The notes under the pieces are model-generated. The model did not search any database and was not told the origin of the DNA. It saw only the letters and a program-made list of their open reading frames with translations. From contig CM069136.1 in assembly GCA_035221665.1 (NCBI GenBank), forward strand, positions 52,390,001 to 52,454,000: DNA of 64,000 bases. The letters are read 5' to 3'. This DNA comes from Okamejei kenojei (taxonomy: Eukaryota). The translations under genes were made by a program, and so were the position numbers. The first letter of the stretch is position 1. Each line of letters begins with the position of its first letter. Below, piece after piece: positions 47,690-60,749 of the stretch.

Positions 47690-48212
47690 AATATAAATCT
47701 CACACTTTCACTAGTCAACACCTCATATTCCACTTGGGTACCATACAACCTAGCAATGTGAACATTGATGCTCCAATTTTAGGTGACTCCTCCCACCCCC
47801 TTTCGTTCTTATCTTCCCTGTGCCCTACCCAGGTGCGCACACTTTTCTCCCATTATTCCGCCACCATTCCTATTTCCCCTGTCCACTTCCACCTATATCC
47901 CTTCCTCAGAATTTAAATTTCACTTCTCTTCCCTCCTAATCTTACATCCTATTGTCTCTGTTTTACCTCTAGTTTTTGTCCACCCATCAACCAGTCAAAA
48001 CCCCCCTCAGCTGTACCATTACTTGCCAGGTTCTGTTCCCCCTCCCCCACCCCCCCCCCCACCCCACCTCTTTCCAGCTTTCCTCCCGTACTACAATCAG
48101 TCAGTACGGGAGGAAGGGTCCCATTCCAAAATGTAGCCTATCCATGTCCTCTAGAGATGCTGCCTGACTCGCTGAGTTACTCCAGCACTTTTTGTAAACC
48201 AGCATCTGCAGA
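47690..48212 (+). mobile_element. Old Penelope 3' remnant with degenerate terminal repeat
   Basis: QHLIFHLGTIQPSNVNID matches the Penelope ORF end QHLIFRLGSLHPLGLNIE; C-rich UTR. Confidence 0.75.
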
Positions 48213-48253
48213 AGCTTGCGCCAACATAATGAGCTGCTTTGCTTACTTGTTTG

Positions 48254-48572
48254 GGTGGCACGGCGGTGCAGCGGCACGCCAGTAGAGTTGCTGCCTTACA
48301 GTGCCAGAGACCCGGGTTCAATCCGGAGTATGGGTGCTGTCTGTACGGAGTTTGTACATTTTCCCCATGTCAGACCATTTTCTCCGGATGCTCTGGTTTC
48401 CTCCCATACTCCAAAGTCATACAGGTTTGTAGGTTGATTGGCTTCGGTAAAATTGTAAATTGTCTGTAGCATGTGGGATAGTGTGAGTGTACGGGTGATT
48501 GTTGGTCGGCATGGACTCGGTGGTTAGAAGGGCCTGTTCCCGTGTTGTATCTCTAAACGAAGCTAAACTAAG
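48254..48572 (+). mobile_element. V-SINE/HE1-type SINE, full length
   Basis: A/B boxes, GGTTTCCTCCCA core, tail. Confidence 0.88.
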
Positions 48573-49870
48573 CTTCAGAACTTGCACTCCAGATCTTTCA
48601 GTTCTGGATCAGTTCTGGAACCTTCTTGTTATACTGTCAATGTCTAAAAGGTTAGTTATGATTTAGTTACAGAACAATTGTCTTTGACCTGATGATAGGT
48701 CCATGTTTTATTCCAGAGATTTGAGCACAGCACCCAGGCGGACACTTCAATACACTATTCTATTAGACAACATATACTATTTGATAATAGAAGATAGACA
48801 CAAAATGCTGAAGTAACTCAGCAGGACAGACCACATCCATGGAGAGAAGGAATGGGTGAAATTTCAGGTTGAGACCTTTCTTCAGAACGACATGTTATTT
48901 GTCCCTTTAACTGAATGTAAAATATCACATTGCATTTTTTTTTTAAGTTAAGGATAGTCCAGTGACTTCGCTAATGTTTGTATCTCAACACGACTTACAA
49001 AAGAAATCAATGAATACAAATATTTAAAATATTGTCTCTCACCAAACTTGCTAATGTGTTCCTAAATGGTGAATATGTTCTGTTTAAATGATATATATTT
49101 AAAGGTTTTGGGACATCTTATGGCTGCCTCATCACATGAAGGGTGTGAAAGCTTTGGAGAGGATGCTCTCTGGATTTTGAAGTATTAGCTAAGAGGAGAG
49201 TTAAGACAAAATTAAGTTGTCTTTTCTGGTGGCGAAGGGAAAATCTGATAGAATATCAGAAAATCTAATAGAATATCGGATTATATGAGGCATAGACTGT
49301 CAAAATCATTTATCCAGAGTGGAAATATCAAAGACTATAGGGTATAACTTTAAAGTGCGAGGGGCAAAGTTTAAAAAAGATGTGTGTGGCAAGTCTTAAA
49401 GGTGACATGCAGGGCAATTTAAGTGTCTGCATTTAATATAAAACTAGGGGCACAAAGAGAAATAAAGAAATTAAAGACAAGAAAAAGAAAAATAGGAAAA
49501 GTTTAATAAAAACTCTTAACATCAAATTTGGAGGTTTAAAAAAAATGTGGGTAACAATTCACTACTTGAAGAAATAAATTTTCACATTTTGACTTCATTT
49601 CCTGGGCTGGACAGAACATCATTAACACAAATCAGGTTATGAAAGGGATATTTGTGCTGTTAATGGACTTAACTTTAAGAAGCAATTAAGGTCTAATGTT
49701 AATATTATTTAATGCAGATGCTTCAGGAAAATTCAGGTTGAGTTGCAAATGTAAGAGCTAAGTGGGGATTCAATATTTTAAGGGTTGTGAGGTCATCATC
49801 ACAAGTTTATGGAGCATTAACAAGGATATATGTATGCATTTATAACAAACTCTGGTCCATTACCCATTAC

Positions 49871-50057
49871 TGTGTTTTAGTCATGATCAGACCCTCCTTA
49901 TTTCTCGTTCTCAGTGTAGTGCTGAAGTCGTAGTCCAGTGAATCTCTCCTCAGATCAAGAGCCCTAAACTTGAAAGGAGCTCTTGCCATTGTTGGGTGGT
50001 CTTTTTCCAATATACCAATGTCATTTTGACTTGAAAATTCTTGAAAATCACATTCAG
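49871..50057 (-). pseudogene. Best-preserved exon-like remnant (open frame; resembles LamG/ConA-like strands)
   Basis: Acceptor TTCTCTTTCCCAG, donor GTAATG, only one open frame: ECDFQEF...LDYDFSTTLRTRNKEGLIMTKT. Confidence 0.55.
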
Positions 50058-50077
50058 CTGGGAAAGAGAACCACACA

Positions 50078-50515
50078 TCATAGAATCATTCCGTGTGGAA
50101 ACAGGTCATTTGGCCCAACATGCCCACACTGACCAACATGCTCCACCTACACTAGTTCCACCTGCCTGTGTTTGGCCCATATCCCTCCAAACCTGTCCTT
50201 TCCATGTACCTGTCTAAATGGTTCTGAAATGTTCCGATGGTACCTGCCTCAACTACCTCCTCCGAAAGCTCATTCCATACACCCACAACCCTTTATGAGA
50301 GAAAGTTACCCCTCAGGTTCCGATTAAATCTTTCCCCCCTCACCCTAAACCTATGTCCTCTGGTTCTTGATTCCCCTACTTTGGGCAAGACACTACCCAA
50401 TCTATTCCTCTCATGATTTTGTACACCTCTATAAGATCACCCCTCACCCTCCTGTGCTCCAAGGAATAGAGTCTTAGCTTGCGAAGCCTCTTCCAATAAC
50501 TCAGGCCCATTGAGG
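50078..50515 (-). mobile_element. CR1 3' fragment
   Basis: LRLYSLEHRRVRGDLIEVYKIMRG plus 3'UTR. Confidence 0.88.
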
Positions 50516-50547
50516 TCTCATTTATAATTATATATATATTTTTTATA

Positions 50548-50760
50548 TGTGTAGGAAGGAACTGCAGATGCTGGTTTAAACCGAAGATAGACACAAAAAA
50601 CTGGAGTAACTCAGCGGGTCAGGCAGCATCTCTGGAGAAAAGGAATGCATGGCTTTTTGGGTCACAGCTGATGAAGAGTCTTGACCCAAAATATCATCTA
50701 TTCCTTTTCTCCAGAGATGTTGTCCGACCCGCTGAGTTACTCCAGCTTTTTGTGTCTATC
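50548..50760. repeat. Inverted dimer of the Penelope terminal-repeat unit
   Basis: Complementary arms; central CTGATGAAGAGTCTTGACCCAAAA; AT-rich flanking duplication. Confidence 0.85.
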
Positions 50761-52329
50761 TTATATATTTTATATCACAGATAAATTGTACCTACATTGT
50801 GAAAGAAATGCTTAACACAATAAATCTTCAATAACCCCATTATGATTTATTTCCACACTAAAATAATTCTCATATCAAACTAGTAGAGTGTCATTAATGG
50901 CCTATGCAAGGTTCGAATAATCACCTTCACACTAAGCCTGCTTGTTCCTATTTGTCTCACTTGCATTTATCTGTTTTGCAACATCAACCTCCCTAACATT
51001 GGTGATGAAATTCAAGTTTCTACATTAATGTGTTTCCTCCCTTCCATCTGTTACTCATAAAGGGTTGTGGTGTCAAATAATTCTCATATAAGTATGGCAT
51101 TAGTCATTATTATAAATCGATTAAAACACAATCCTATTTTATAAATGAGAGCTTGACACTTATTCATCATTGTCTAGTAACCTGAATTGTTGCATCAAGC
51201 TCCAACACACAACAAAGTCAGTGAAGATTTTGGAAAAAGCTACTGACTTAGAATTCCTTTATAATTAATCTACATACTTAAACGTTATCTAAGGTATGAA
51301 ATCAAAGGAACTTCTGGAGAACAAAGGTCAATATTTGGATGCAGAAATATAACATCATTAAAATAATTGCATCCAAAATTAGGATTTGTATTTAGTTCAA
51401 ACTTCTGGGCTTAATTATACTTGGAGGCTTGTAGCATTTTAACCACATTTCAGTCACAGGCAAGATGAATATTTAGCTTTAGCCAAGCTGGATGTGCACA
51501 TAATTTTAACCATCGTGTAATTTCAATACAATTACATTTCTTGATTTCTTGAATGAGTAAAGAGTAAAACATCTACTTTGGCAGATTACTGGCTAGGCAA
51601 TGAAGACAGAAATGTAAGGAATTTTAACTCTTGAACAGACACCAGATTCCAGGCGGACATTTTCACAAGTTATTGCATTTTTTATGACCCTGCAACAAAC
51701 CTAATACTACTGAATTCAAACCATTCAATAAGTCATCATATCTATTTATTATTAACAATGCACCATCAGTGACAATGTAGGTGGTGGAGTCATTGAGGGT
51801 GATTTCATTTTTTTTTCAGAATATAGTCGAAAGAAAAGTTATGGTACACGAATGTCCTCATATCTGTTGTTGGAAGCAAAAATACAAAAGTCTTTGGTTG
51901 TTGTACACTGCTTCTGAAATTAGATTTAATTGACTTTCATATTAAACAGAAATGCAAGTTAGAGGCAGTATTGATTCAGTTTCCTACTCCAAACCAAGGA
52001 AACTAAAACCAGGCAGCTTATTAATATTGGCTAACTTCACTATCACACAAGCTTAAACAAAGTTCAACATGTCCCTGAAAAGTTCAGTTATTCACAGTGC
52101 AAATAACTTGGAATCCTGGATATTTGTCAATATGAGCCATGATGAGTTTGTCAGGCACGCTGCAATTTTCCAGTCAATCACTGCTTACCAAAAGCATATC
52201 ACACAATTCCCAGGTTGAAGATTATGTCTTTCAGATTTAACATTTGCTTAGGTTTGTTGGTAAAATATTTGATTTGGCATAACGTGACTGAGATTGATCA
52301 TTTTATCCCCCGCATTTAATAAATATTTA

Positions 52330-52660
52330 TGGCCCTGTCCCACGGTATGAGTTCATTCCAAGAGCTCTCCCGAGTTAAAAAAATATCAAACTTGTGTTAA
52401 GCACGGAGAATGAACGTAGCGGGTACGTTTGAGCTCTGGAATGTCTCTTAGCGGCTCGTAATGCTAACGGCAGGTACTCGGGAAGACTCGCTAACGGCAG
52501 GTAAGCTCGGGAAGACTCTTGAAGATTTTTCAACATGTTGAAAAATGTCCACGAGAGCCCCGAATACTGACGAGCGGCCATTACTGTAAATTTCCGAGTT
52601 CGAATCAGGGCAAACTCGGGAGAGCTCTTGGAAAAAAACTCGTACCGTGGGACAGGGCCA
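52330..52660. mobile_element. MITE with long imperfect TIRs and TA flanks (superfamily uncertain; Harbinger-like ends)
   Basis: TA|TGGCCCTGTCCCACGGTA ... TACCGTGGGACAGGGCCA|TA; inner arms CCAAGAGCTCTCCCGAGTT / AACTCGGGAGAGCTCTTGG. Confidence 0.88.
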
Positions 52661-53074
52661 TAACTCAAAAAAATAGTACGCAGCAACTGTTTTTTATTTG
52701 AAGTGGTTTTGTGTACCTACCAGTAATAAAACAACAAACCACATGTTTTTTTCCACATGGTTTCTTTTGGTCAATGGATTTGGGAAGCAGGCAATATTGT
52801 TTGGAGGATACTCTTTTGAGACACAAATCTATTTAGTCTGTAATCCTTCTGTGACAATATAATCCAATGTCTATTGAATCTGTGTAATCTTTATGTGATA
52901 ATGTTAGTGTTGGCTGTTAATAACTCTTGCCACATTAATATACAGAGATGCTATTTTACTTGTGCACAACAACCATGACCTATTGCATACCCCAAATATA
53001 AACCCTCTTGTATACTCCTAAATAAACCAACAAAGGTTGGTCTTGTTCAAACAAACAAACAAACTATTGAGAGA

Positions 53075-54980
53075 ATGGATTTAGAGAGGGTGATACAGAC
53101 ATTATGATATATGGCAGATGGACTAGATAAGGGGTGAGCATTTTGCTCTGCATGGACAAGTTGGACCAAAGGGCCTGTTTCCATGCTGTATGACCCTATG
53201 ACACTATTACTCTACGGGTGGAAATGTCAAAGACTAAAGGGTATAGCTTTAAGGTAAAATGGTCAAAGTTTAAAAGATACTGTATGTGCAAGGCAAGTTT
53301 TTTACTCAGAGAGTTGTGGGTGCCTGGAATGCGCTCTCAGGGATGGTGGTGGAGGCAGATACGATAGGGGTATTTAAGTGGCTTTTGGATATGCACATGG
53401 ACATTGTGAATTGAGGGATTTGGATCATGTGCAGGCATTGGAGATGGGTTTAACTTTACATCATGTTCGGCACGGACATTTTCGGTCGAAGGGCCTGTTC
53501 CTGCGCTGTGCCGTTCCAAAATATAAGGTCATCCACTTTGGTAGAAAAAATAAAAAGTGGATTTTTTTTTAAAAGGCAAAGGATTGAAAAACATTGATGA
53601 TCAGAGGGATTACAGTGGCTTTCCATATGAATCATTGAAAATTAGTAGGTAGGTTCAACAAATGGTATGTTTCAGGAAGTTAAATTCTGGTATGACATAA
53701 AGCAAAGAACTCAATTGTTTAATCTTTCGATGGTGCTTGTATTGTCACATGTGCAAATGCTTAGTGAATTATTTTTCTTACATACAATTCAGTACAATAT
53801 TCCAATATCCAAGCACATCACTGATTAGCAAGTGTACAGAAATAGTCTACTCAGCCCGCATGCAAGAGATGCCATATTTTGGCACCATTTTCAAAGTCCA
53901 GTCTGCTCTCTAGTTCATATGAGCTGTGCCCAAAATTGAGCGGTGAATATTTGGAATAGGCTGAAGAGGAGGTAGTTGAGCTAGATATAATTACAATGTT
54001 TAAAAAGCATTTTAGAGGTACTTGGTTGGGAAGAGAACAGAGGGATACAGGCCTGATGCAGGCTCACAAGAGTAGTACAGATAGCAATCACAGCACCATG
54101 AAGGAATGGGCTGATAGAGCCTGTTTCTGTGCTGTACGTTTCTATGATTCCATGATAAGCCTCGAGTACAAGAGCAGAGATACCTTTTTACAATTACATG
54201 AAGCCTTTCTGATACCTCAGCTATAATATTGTGCAGAGGAGTAATCTCCCGAACCAAGGCGTGATAAACGTGATTGAAAATGTGCAGCAAAGATTCATTA
54301 GATTGATTCTTTGGATGGTTGGTTTGTTATATGAATAAAGATTGAACAGACAAGGCCTTTACTTGAAACGTTTTTAAGACTTTGCAAACCAACAGATCCT
54401 GAAATTTTGAAGTGTCAGAAAATGCTGGAACCACTCAGCAGGTCAGGCAGCATCTGTGGAAAGGGAAACAGAGTCAAAACCTGAAGTCCAAAACGTCTGA
54501 CAAATGGTTTCAAACATGGAGACTAGGCTCTATTTCTCTGTTCACAGGTGCTGCCTGATCTGCTGAGTATTTCCAGCATGTTTTGTTTGTATTTTAGGCT
54601 AGCACATTCTTGAGAAAGAGAGGTGATTTAATTAAGTTATGCACACTTTTTCCAGAATATGGAAGATGTATGGATAAAGTTTCCCTGTCTGTGGTGTTTA
54701 GAATCGGCAGCAACTATCACAAAATGCAGAGCGAGGCATTCTAGACAGGGATAAGATCGAACTTCTTCACTCAAAACGCAATGCAGGCTGATGGAACTAT
54801 GTCCCCACAGTACCAGAGATTTGGGTTGGATCCTGAACCCAAGTGCGGTCTGTGTGGAGTTTATACGTTCTCCCTATGACCACGTGGGTTTCTTTTGGTA
54901 GCACTGGTTTCCTCCCACATTCCAAAGTTATGCTGGCTCGTGTGTTAATTGGCCTCTGTAAAATGGCCCAGAATGTGTAA
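53075..54980. repeat. Cluster of old CR1 fragments, a diverged inverted terminal-repeat dimer (54415-54590) and a SINE fragment
   Basis: CR1 3' motifs (FTQRVVGAWNAL, KVIHFGRKN, LEYKSRD). Confidence 0.65.
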
Positions 54981-54983
54981 CAA

Positions 54984-55283
54984 GTTTAGTTTAGTTTAGA
55001 GATATAGCGCAGAAACAGGCCCTTCGGCCCACAGAGTCTGCACCGACCAGCGATCCCCACATATTAACACACACGAGAGACAATTTAAATTTATACCAAG
55101 CCAATTAAACTAGAAACCTGTACGTCTTTGGAGTGTGGGAGGAAACCGAAGATCTCGGAGAAAACCCATGCGTTCACAGGGAGAATGTACAAACTCTGTA
55201 CAGACAGCACCCATAGTCAGGATCGAACCTGGATCTCTGGCACTGTAAGGCAGCAACTCTACTGCTGTGCTACCATGCCGCCC
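54984..55283 (-). mobile_element. V-SINE/HE1-type SINE, full length
   Basis: (CTAAA)n tail, core, tRNA head. Confidence 0.9.
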
Positions 55284-56379
55284 TGTGTGAAGAGAAAATG
55301 GGATAACATAGAACATGTTTGCATGGGTGGTCAATGCACTCTGTGGGCCGAAGGGCCTGTTTCCATGCCTTCTAAACACTTAGTAAATCTAAGCAGACTG
55401 GCTGTGGGAGGGAGTGCACGGCCTCAACAATGGAGTGGGCGTTGGAGGCCCTGCAGCAGTCAAAGGGTTCAGCTGTTCCTGGCGACGCTCCAAGAGGCCG
55501 AGCACGTGGACCGGACGCGGCAGTGGAGGACACCAACAACCACGCTTGGGCAGACCAACTTGCTACGTGGCCAAGAAAAAGGACCTTCAGGAGCAGGCCA
55601 AAAATCCTGCACTTAAAACAACTGGGACTTGAAAATGGCGTCAAAATCTAGCAACTCTACATACTGACTCAGTGTCTTACTGCTGAACATTTGTACTGCT
55701 TCTGAGATACCTATCTAAAGTGTATCAAAGTGCTTGTGAATTTGGACCATTGGACCAATGAACTACGCCAAACTGAACTAAAATCTTTTGAAGTTGCTGT
55801 GTCAGATGGCTAAGATATTGGGTGTGTTCAAGACAGAGATCAACAGATTTTGAGACATGAAGGGTTTAGTGGAGGAAAGTGATGCTGAGGTAATGTCAGC
55901 CATGGTTGACAGAGGACAAATGGCCTTTTTATGCAATGATTCCTTTTTATGTTTGAAATGGAAGAATATTAAGTCCACAGCTAGTTTAAATTTGAAGTGG
56001 GGTAGAAACCTATCCCCACATTGTTTTTGCAGGGGTGATTAATTAAAATCTATTTCACAAACCTGACCAGACAGAATTAATGTTCAATATTCATGCGTTC
56101 TTGCTCTTGTACAAGCAAAGATCTGTTTGCATGTGAAATTAAAGCCCAACAAAACCTGACCTGACCACGTTCAGTCTGAACCTAAACTGAGCTCAAGGAC
56201 TTGTTTGTTTTTAACTTAATCCAACATCATATGATCCCATCAGGCTTGGATCATTATATTCTAAATAAACTTGTGAACCTCTGTGCATTTATTTACAAAG
56301 TGTTAGATTGATATATGTAAGTTTGAGCATCAGGTTTAGTAGCCTACGGAGTCAATCCCCCTTGTCCCGTCCATCCCAA

Positions 56380-57715
56380 CTTACATTTGAGACACCACAC
56401 ATGCCCTTCAATTCTTCAGCAACTTTCAATTCCCATGCACCCATTGCCTCATCTTTACCATGATGTCCAGTCCTTTTACATTTGCATCCCCCACCAGGAA
56501 TGTCTCAAGGCCCTCCAGTTCTTCCTTGAAAAGGGACAACATTTTACCCCTACCAGTGCCGTCACCTATTCATGTTTTCCGGAGATGCTGCCTTACAGCA
56601 ATTTGGGTCATGTTTTGTAAATTAGCATCTGCAGTTCCCTATTTCTCCCTCTACTAACCCTCACCTCGGTCTGGCAGAACTTGTCCTCAACATCAACAAA
56701 TTCTCTCCTGACTCCATTCACTTTCTTCGAGTTTAAGATGCAACCATGGGTACTCGGATGGGTCCCAGCTATGCCTGGCTTTTTGTTGGTTATGTCCAGA
56801 TCATCAGTCTGAAGAAGGGTCTCGACCCAAAAGGCCACGCATTCCTTCTCTCCAGAGATGCTGCCTGTCCCGCTGAGTTACTCCAGCCTTTTGTGTCTAT
56901 CTGCGATTTAAACCAGCATCTGCTGTTCTTTCCTACACACTATGAAAATTGAATTCTCCAATTTTACGTAACTAACCTACAAACAACCACCACCCCCTTT
57001 CCCACTCCTGCCCCATTTGTTCACCTCTCTTCCCTGTGCCCAACCTGGGTTCACACCCACTTTTTTTAGCTTAGTTTAGGGATACAGCACAGAAACAGAC
57101 CCTTTGGCCCACCGAGTCCGTGCCAACCAGCAGTGTGTAGCACTATCCTACACACCAGGGACAATTTACAATCTTACCAAAGCCAATTAACCTACAAACA
57201 TGAATGTCTTAGGAGTGTGGGAGGAAACCAGAGTACCAGGGAAAAACCCACATGGTCATGGGAAGAACGTACAAACTGTGCCACCCTTTCTCTCCTGTCC
57301 TTCACCCCCTGCCCCTTCCCAGATACATTCCTTCCTCATAATTCACACCTCTTTTTATCCTTATCTCACACCCATGGTCTATTTATCTCTGGCCTTTAAT
57401 TCAACCATCTTCCTATAAAAATCAAATACAGCCCTCCCCCCACCCCCGCTCGCCTATATGTTTAAGAAAGATCTGCAGATGCTGGTAAAATCAAAGGTAG
57501 ACACAAAATGCTGGAGTAAGTCAACGGGTGAGGCAGCATCTACATTTTGGACCTCATATATAGGTCCTCAGCTATATCGGTCCTCATATATAGGTCCTCA
57601 GCTTGCTCGGCTTTGTCCTGTCCCCACAACTCTTCCAGTTTGAAGAAGCGCCCTGACCCAAAACATCACTTATCCATGTTCTCCAAAGATGCTGTCTGAC
57701 CCACTGTGCCTTTTT
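56380..57715 (+). mobile_element. Fragmented old Penelope element interleaved with terminal-repeat units and a SINE (57065-57285 -)
   Basis: DVQSFYICIPHQECLKALQFFLE and MGTRMGPSYAWLFVGYV are PLE RT motifs. Confidence 0.75.
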
Positions 57716-58547
57716 TTGCTAATCGTATAGGTATCGTGGTTTCTATGACTTGTTAGCCGTATTTATAGAAAACAGATGTAAGGGTTAATATGACTATACT
57801 TAATTAAACAAAATGCCATGTTCCAATAATTACTTGTGTGATTAAAACAAGTGTAATTTTCCTAATTGGAAACCTTGCTTGATGTTCAAGAAGTTGTGGC
57901 GAGCAAGATTACTGCTGAGCAAAGCCCCTGCTAAATCAAAGAATTTGGGCTTTGTTGGCTTAACAAGTAATTTTGAAATCTACTCAGTTTGTCACATTTA
58001 AGACTACACAGAAATTATCGTCTTTAGAAGTTCTGAGATTTAAAAAAAATAGTTTTGAAGATTCATTATATTTTTATGACAATACTGAAAACACAGCTTT
58101 AATTAAAGTGCTCTAGTTATTATAATCACGGAATGTATTTGAAACATGAGCTGAAAGGAAGAATTAATAGAATCAGTGGAAATTATTGGCTTTATAAAGA
58201 TTGAAACTTTGTTCCTTTTGCAAGGCAATTTCATCTGTTCTCCTTTTAACATCCAGTGATGCAAATAAGTTTAATACAGATTTATTGATACTTCTTTAAA
58301 ATTTGCCTACATGCTGTTTCTACTTGTTGAAATAAATCACCAAATGTAAGATTTATCCACAATAACTCTGGTCTTCGATCATTGTGTGAACTGATCTGGG
58401 GTTTCTGAAATCTGTTATTGTACATAGCTGTTACATTGACGAAGCACTACTAGAAAATAAGCATCTTATATAATGCTTAGCAACTAAAAGAATTTGAGAA
58501 AGGAAAAAGTATGTATTACTTTTTACATCTTCAATATTAGATTAGAC

Positions 58548-59355
58548 CACCGTTTCTCAAACTTTTTTACCTTTGCGGAACCCTTGAAATAATTTTCATG
58601 CCTCAGGGAACCTCTACATTAAAAATATTATATATCTTTATTAATCTCTTTTGTTCTCTTTCATAAACTTAAAGTTCATAAGGCAAACATAATATATTTT
58701 TCTGATAACTGGTTTAAGCAAAAAATAACTTATGTTTTTCTCAAGTTTATTGACAATGCAAAAAAAAACTGAAAGCAAACTGCTTGTTCAAAACTGAAGC
58801 AATTAAACGCAAACAGAAGAGCTAACCTTGGAGGAGAGAGAACACAATACACAAACTTTTCATAAACTACCAAATACATAAATATACTTTTCATAAACTA
58901 ATAAAAGTAAACATAAACGTACTTAAATTTTTAAAATTCATATAACAACCCTAAATGATGGGTAAAAATCATTAAATAACGTGGGTGAATGAGGGACTGT
59001 ACCTGCACGCCAGGAAGCACACAGGACTGATGGAGATTGTGCATGTGTCTACTCAAATGAATCAATTGATGATACACAAATCCGTCACGTACAGCTCCTG
59101 TCCATTGTCCACTAAGGCCGTTTCACACTGGGGGCATATAGACGTCGCTAAATATGACGTAGCTAAATATTCTAAATAGACATCGCTAAATATGCCATAC
59201 ATGTATAATGAAATTACGAATATGAAATTAAACACAAAAATGACTCAAAAATACATTTGCATATGATTAGCATATTTATCATTATTTCTCTCGGAACCCC
59301 TAGCGACCTCTCGCGGAACTCTAGCGTTTCTGGGAACCCTGGTTGAGAAACACTG
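58548..59355. mobile_element. Non-autonomous hAT-Charlie-type element
   Basis: CACCGTTTCTCAAAC ... GGTTGAGAAACACTG; subterminal GGAACCC repeats; flanks GATTAGAC / GACTCGAC (6/8 match). Confidence 0.85.
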
Positions 59356-59364
59356 GACTCGACA

Positions 59365-59665
59365 TTAGAGATACACCATAAAAACAGAACATTCAGCCCA
59401 TCGAGTCCACGCCGACCAGCGATCCACGTACACTAGCAGTATCCTACACACTAGGGACAATTTCCAATTTTTACTGAAGCCAATTAACCTACAAACCTGT
59501 ACATCTTTGGAATGTGGGAGGAAACCAAAGATCTCGGAGAAAACCCACGTGGTTACGGGGAGAACATACAAACTTTGTACAGACAGCACCCATAATTGGG
59601 ATCGAATCCAGATCTCTGGTGCTGCTAGCGCTGTAAGGCAGCAACTCTACCAATGTGCACCGTGC
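59365..59665 (-). mobile_element. V-SINE/HE1-type SINE
   Basis: Head, core and tail present. Confidence 0.88.
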
Positions 59666-59761
59666 ATCAAAGGTCTCCAATGGGTTCTGGAAAAAAGATG
59701 GTCTGGAGGTCAGGTTTCACTTTGAGCAATGATATCATAGACCACTGTAGGTTATCTACAG

Positions 59762-60368
59762 TGTGTGTGGACGTGGCGCCGACGGACGAGAAGCCGAAGC
59801 AAAGAAGTGGAAGCTAAATAACCGAATGGAAACAAAGCCGAAACACCAAATAACCGAATGGAAACAAAGCTGAAACTCCAACCAACTGAAAGGGTGGGAC
59901 GCCTAAATGCAAACTAACCGAAAGGGCGGGACGCCTAAAAGCCAACTAACCGAAAGGTTGTGTCGCCTAAAAGCAAACTCACCTAATTGCCACTCTGCTG
60001 AAACACCACCTACCCGAAAGGCGGCGTCACCTACAAGCCAACGAACCAAATGCAGCTCAACAGCAAAGTCAAATAACGGACATGACGTTGCCGGGGGGAG
60101 CGACTTGTCAGCGATTAATCTAGACACCCGTGTCCATCACATCACTGTGGCGGGATGAACATTGTCCCACACCTCCGCTCCACCTGACCCACAGCCCGCG
60201 GAGGATGGCCGTGGGAGAGTGGGGGCTGTCCCGAGGGATGAGCGGCCGCTTACAACTTGGTGCTTGGGTTCAGATTACCCAGTCACCTATGGCTTGTGTG
60301 GGAAAATGACCCCCAACCTCCTGCTGGTGGAGACGGGAATGTGTCCGTCGGCGCCACGTCCGGGTATC
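59762..60368. mobile_element. Non-autonomous MULE/Mutator-like element (9-bp TSD, recessed 19-bp inverted repeats)
   Basis: TATCTACAG at 59753-59761 and 60369-60377; GGACGTGGCGCCGACGGAC at 59769-59787 inverted at 60343-60361; internal ACCGAA-containing tandem repeats. Confidence 0.75.
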
Positions 60369-60749
60369 TATCTACAGGCTGTTCCCAGGAACATACTGAG
60401 ACAATTGCCAACTGTTGCAGTAAGATCATCAGGCAAGTGACCAGCCAGATCCTGAAACGTCAGTCTGCATGAAACTTGTTGTCTTCCAGTACAGGGGGAT
60501 GACTTGAACCAAATATTGCAAACGGGTAAAGTCTGGGGTGTAGGATTACATGCTTTGGGATGCACTGAAGCTCAGTGCTGACACCACAAAGGCTCTGTGA
60601 GGAAAGACCACTGTATAGAGCCCTGTCACCGCTGGACGTGGGGGTCTTGTGCTACATGGCTGTATTGTTTAAAGAGGAAATGTGAGGAGTAATGATGCAT
60701 TGTAAATGAACCCATTGGATAGATGGTACAATAAAAGTGGGGACAAATA

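Larger units (their letters stand above)
18816..50057 (-). pseudogene. Putative decayed multi-exon host gene of unknown identity; exon-like remnants at about 49871-50057, 45890-47200, 43260-43827, 41710-42235, 29083-30413, 28380-28717, 19653-19857 and 18816-19176
   Basis: Most non-repeat islands have polypyrimidine-CAG acceptors on the minus strand and protein-like frames with scattered stops; frames resume across TE insertions at 46580-46872, 41868-41945 and 29206-29985. Confidence 0.5.

Noticed and set aside
48254-48335. tRNA genes
   Set aside because: A/B boxes belong to tRNA-derived SINE heads followed by the V-SINE core; no complete cloverleaf.
51170-52900. Further upstream exons of the decayed gene
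   Set aside because: Some splice-like signals (e.g. acceptor near 51690), but stop density is close to random for AT-rich DNA; not supportable without alignment.
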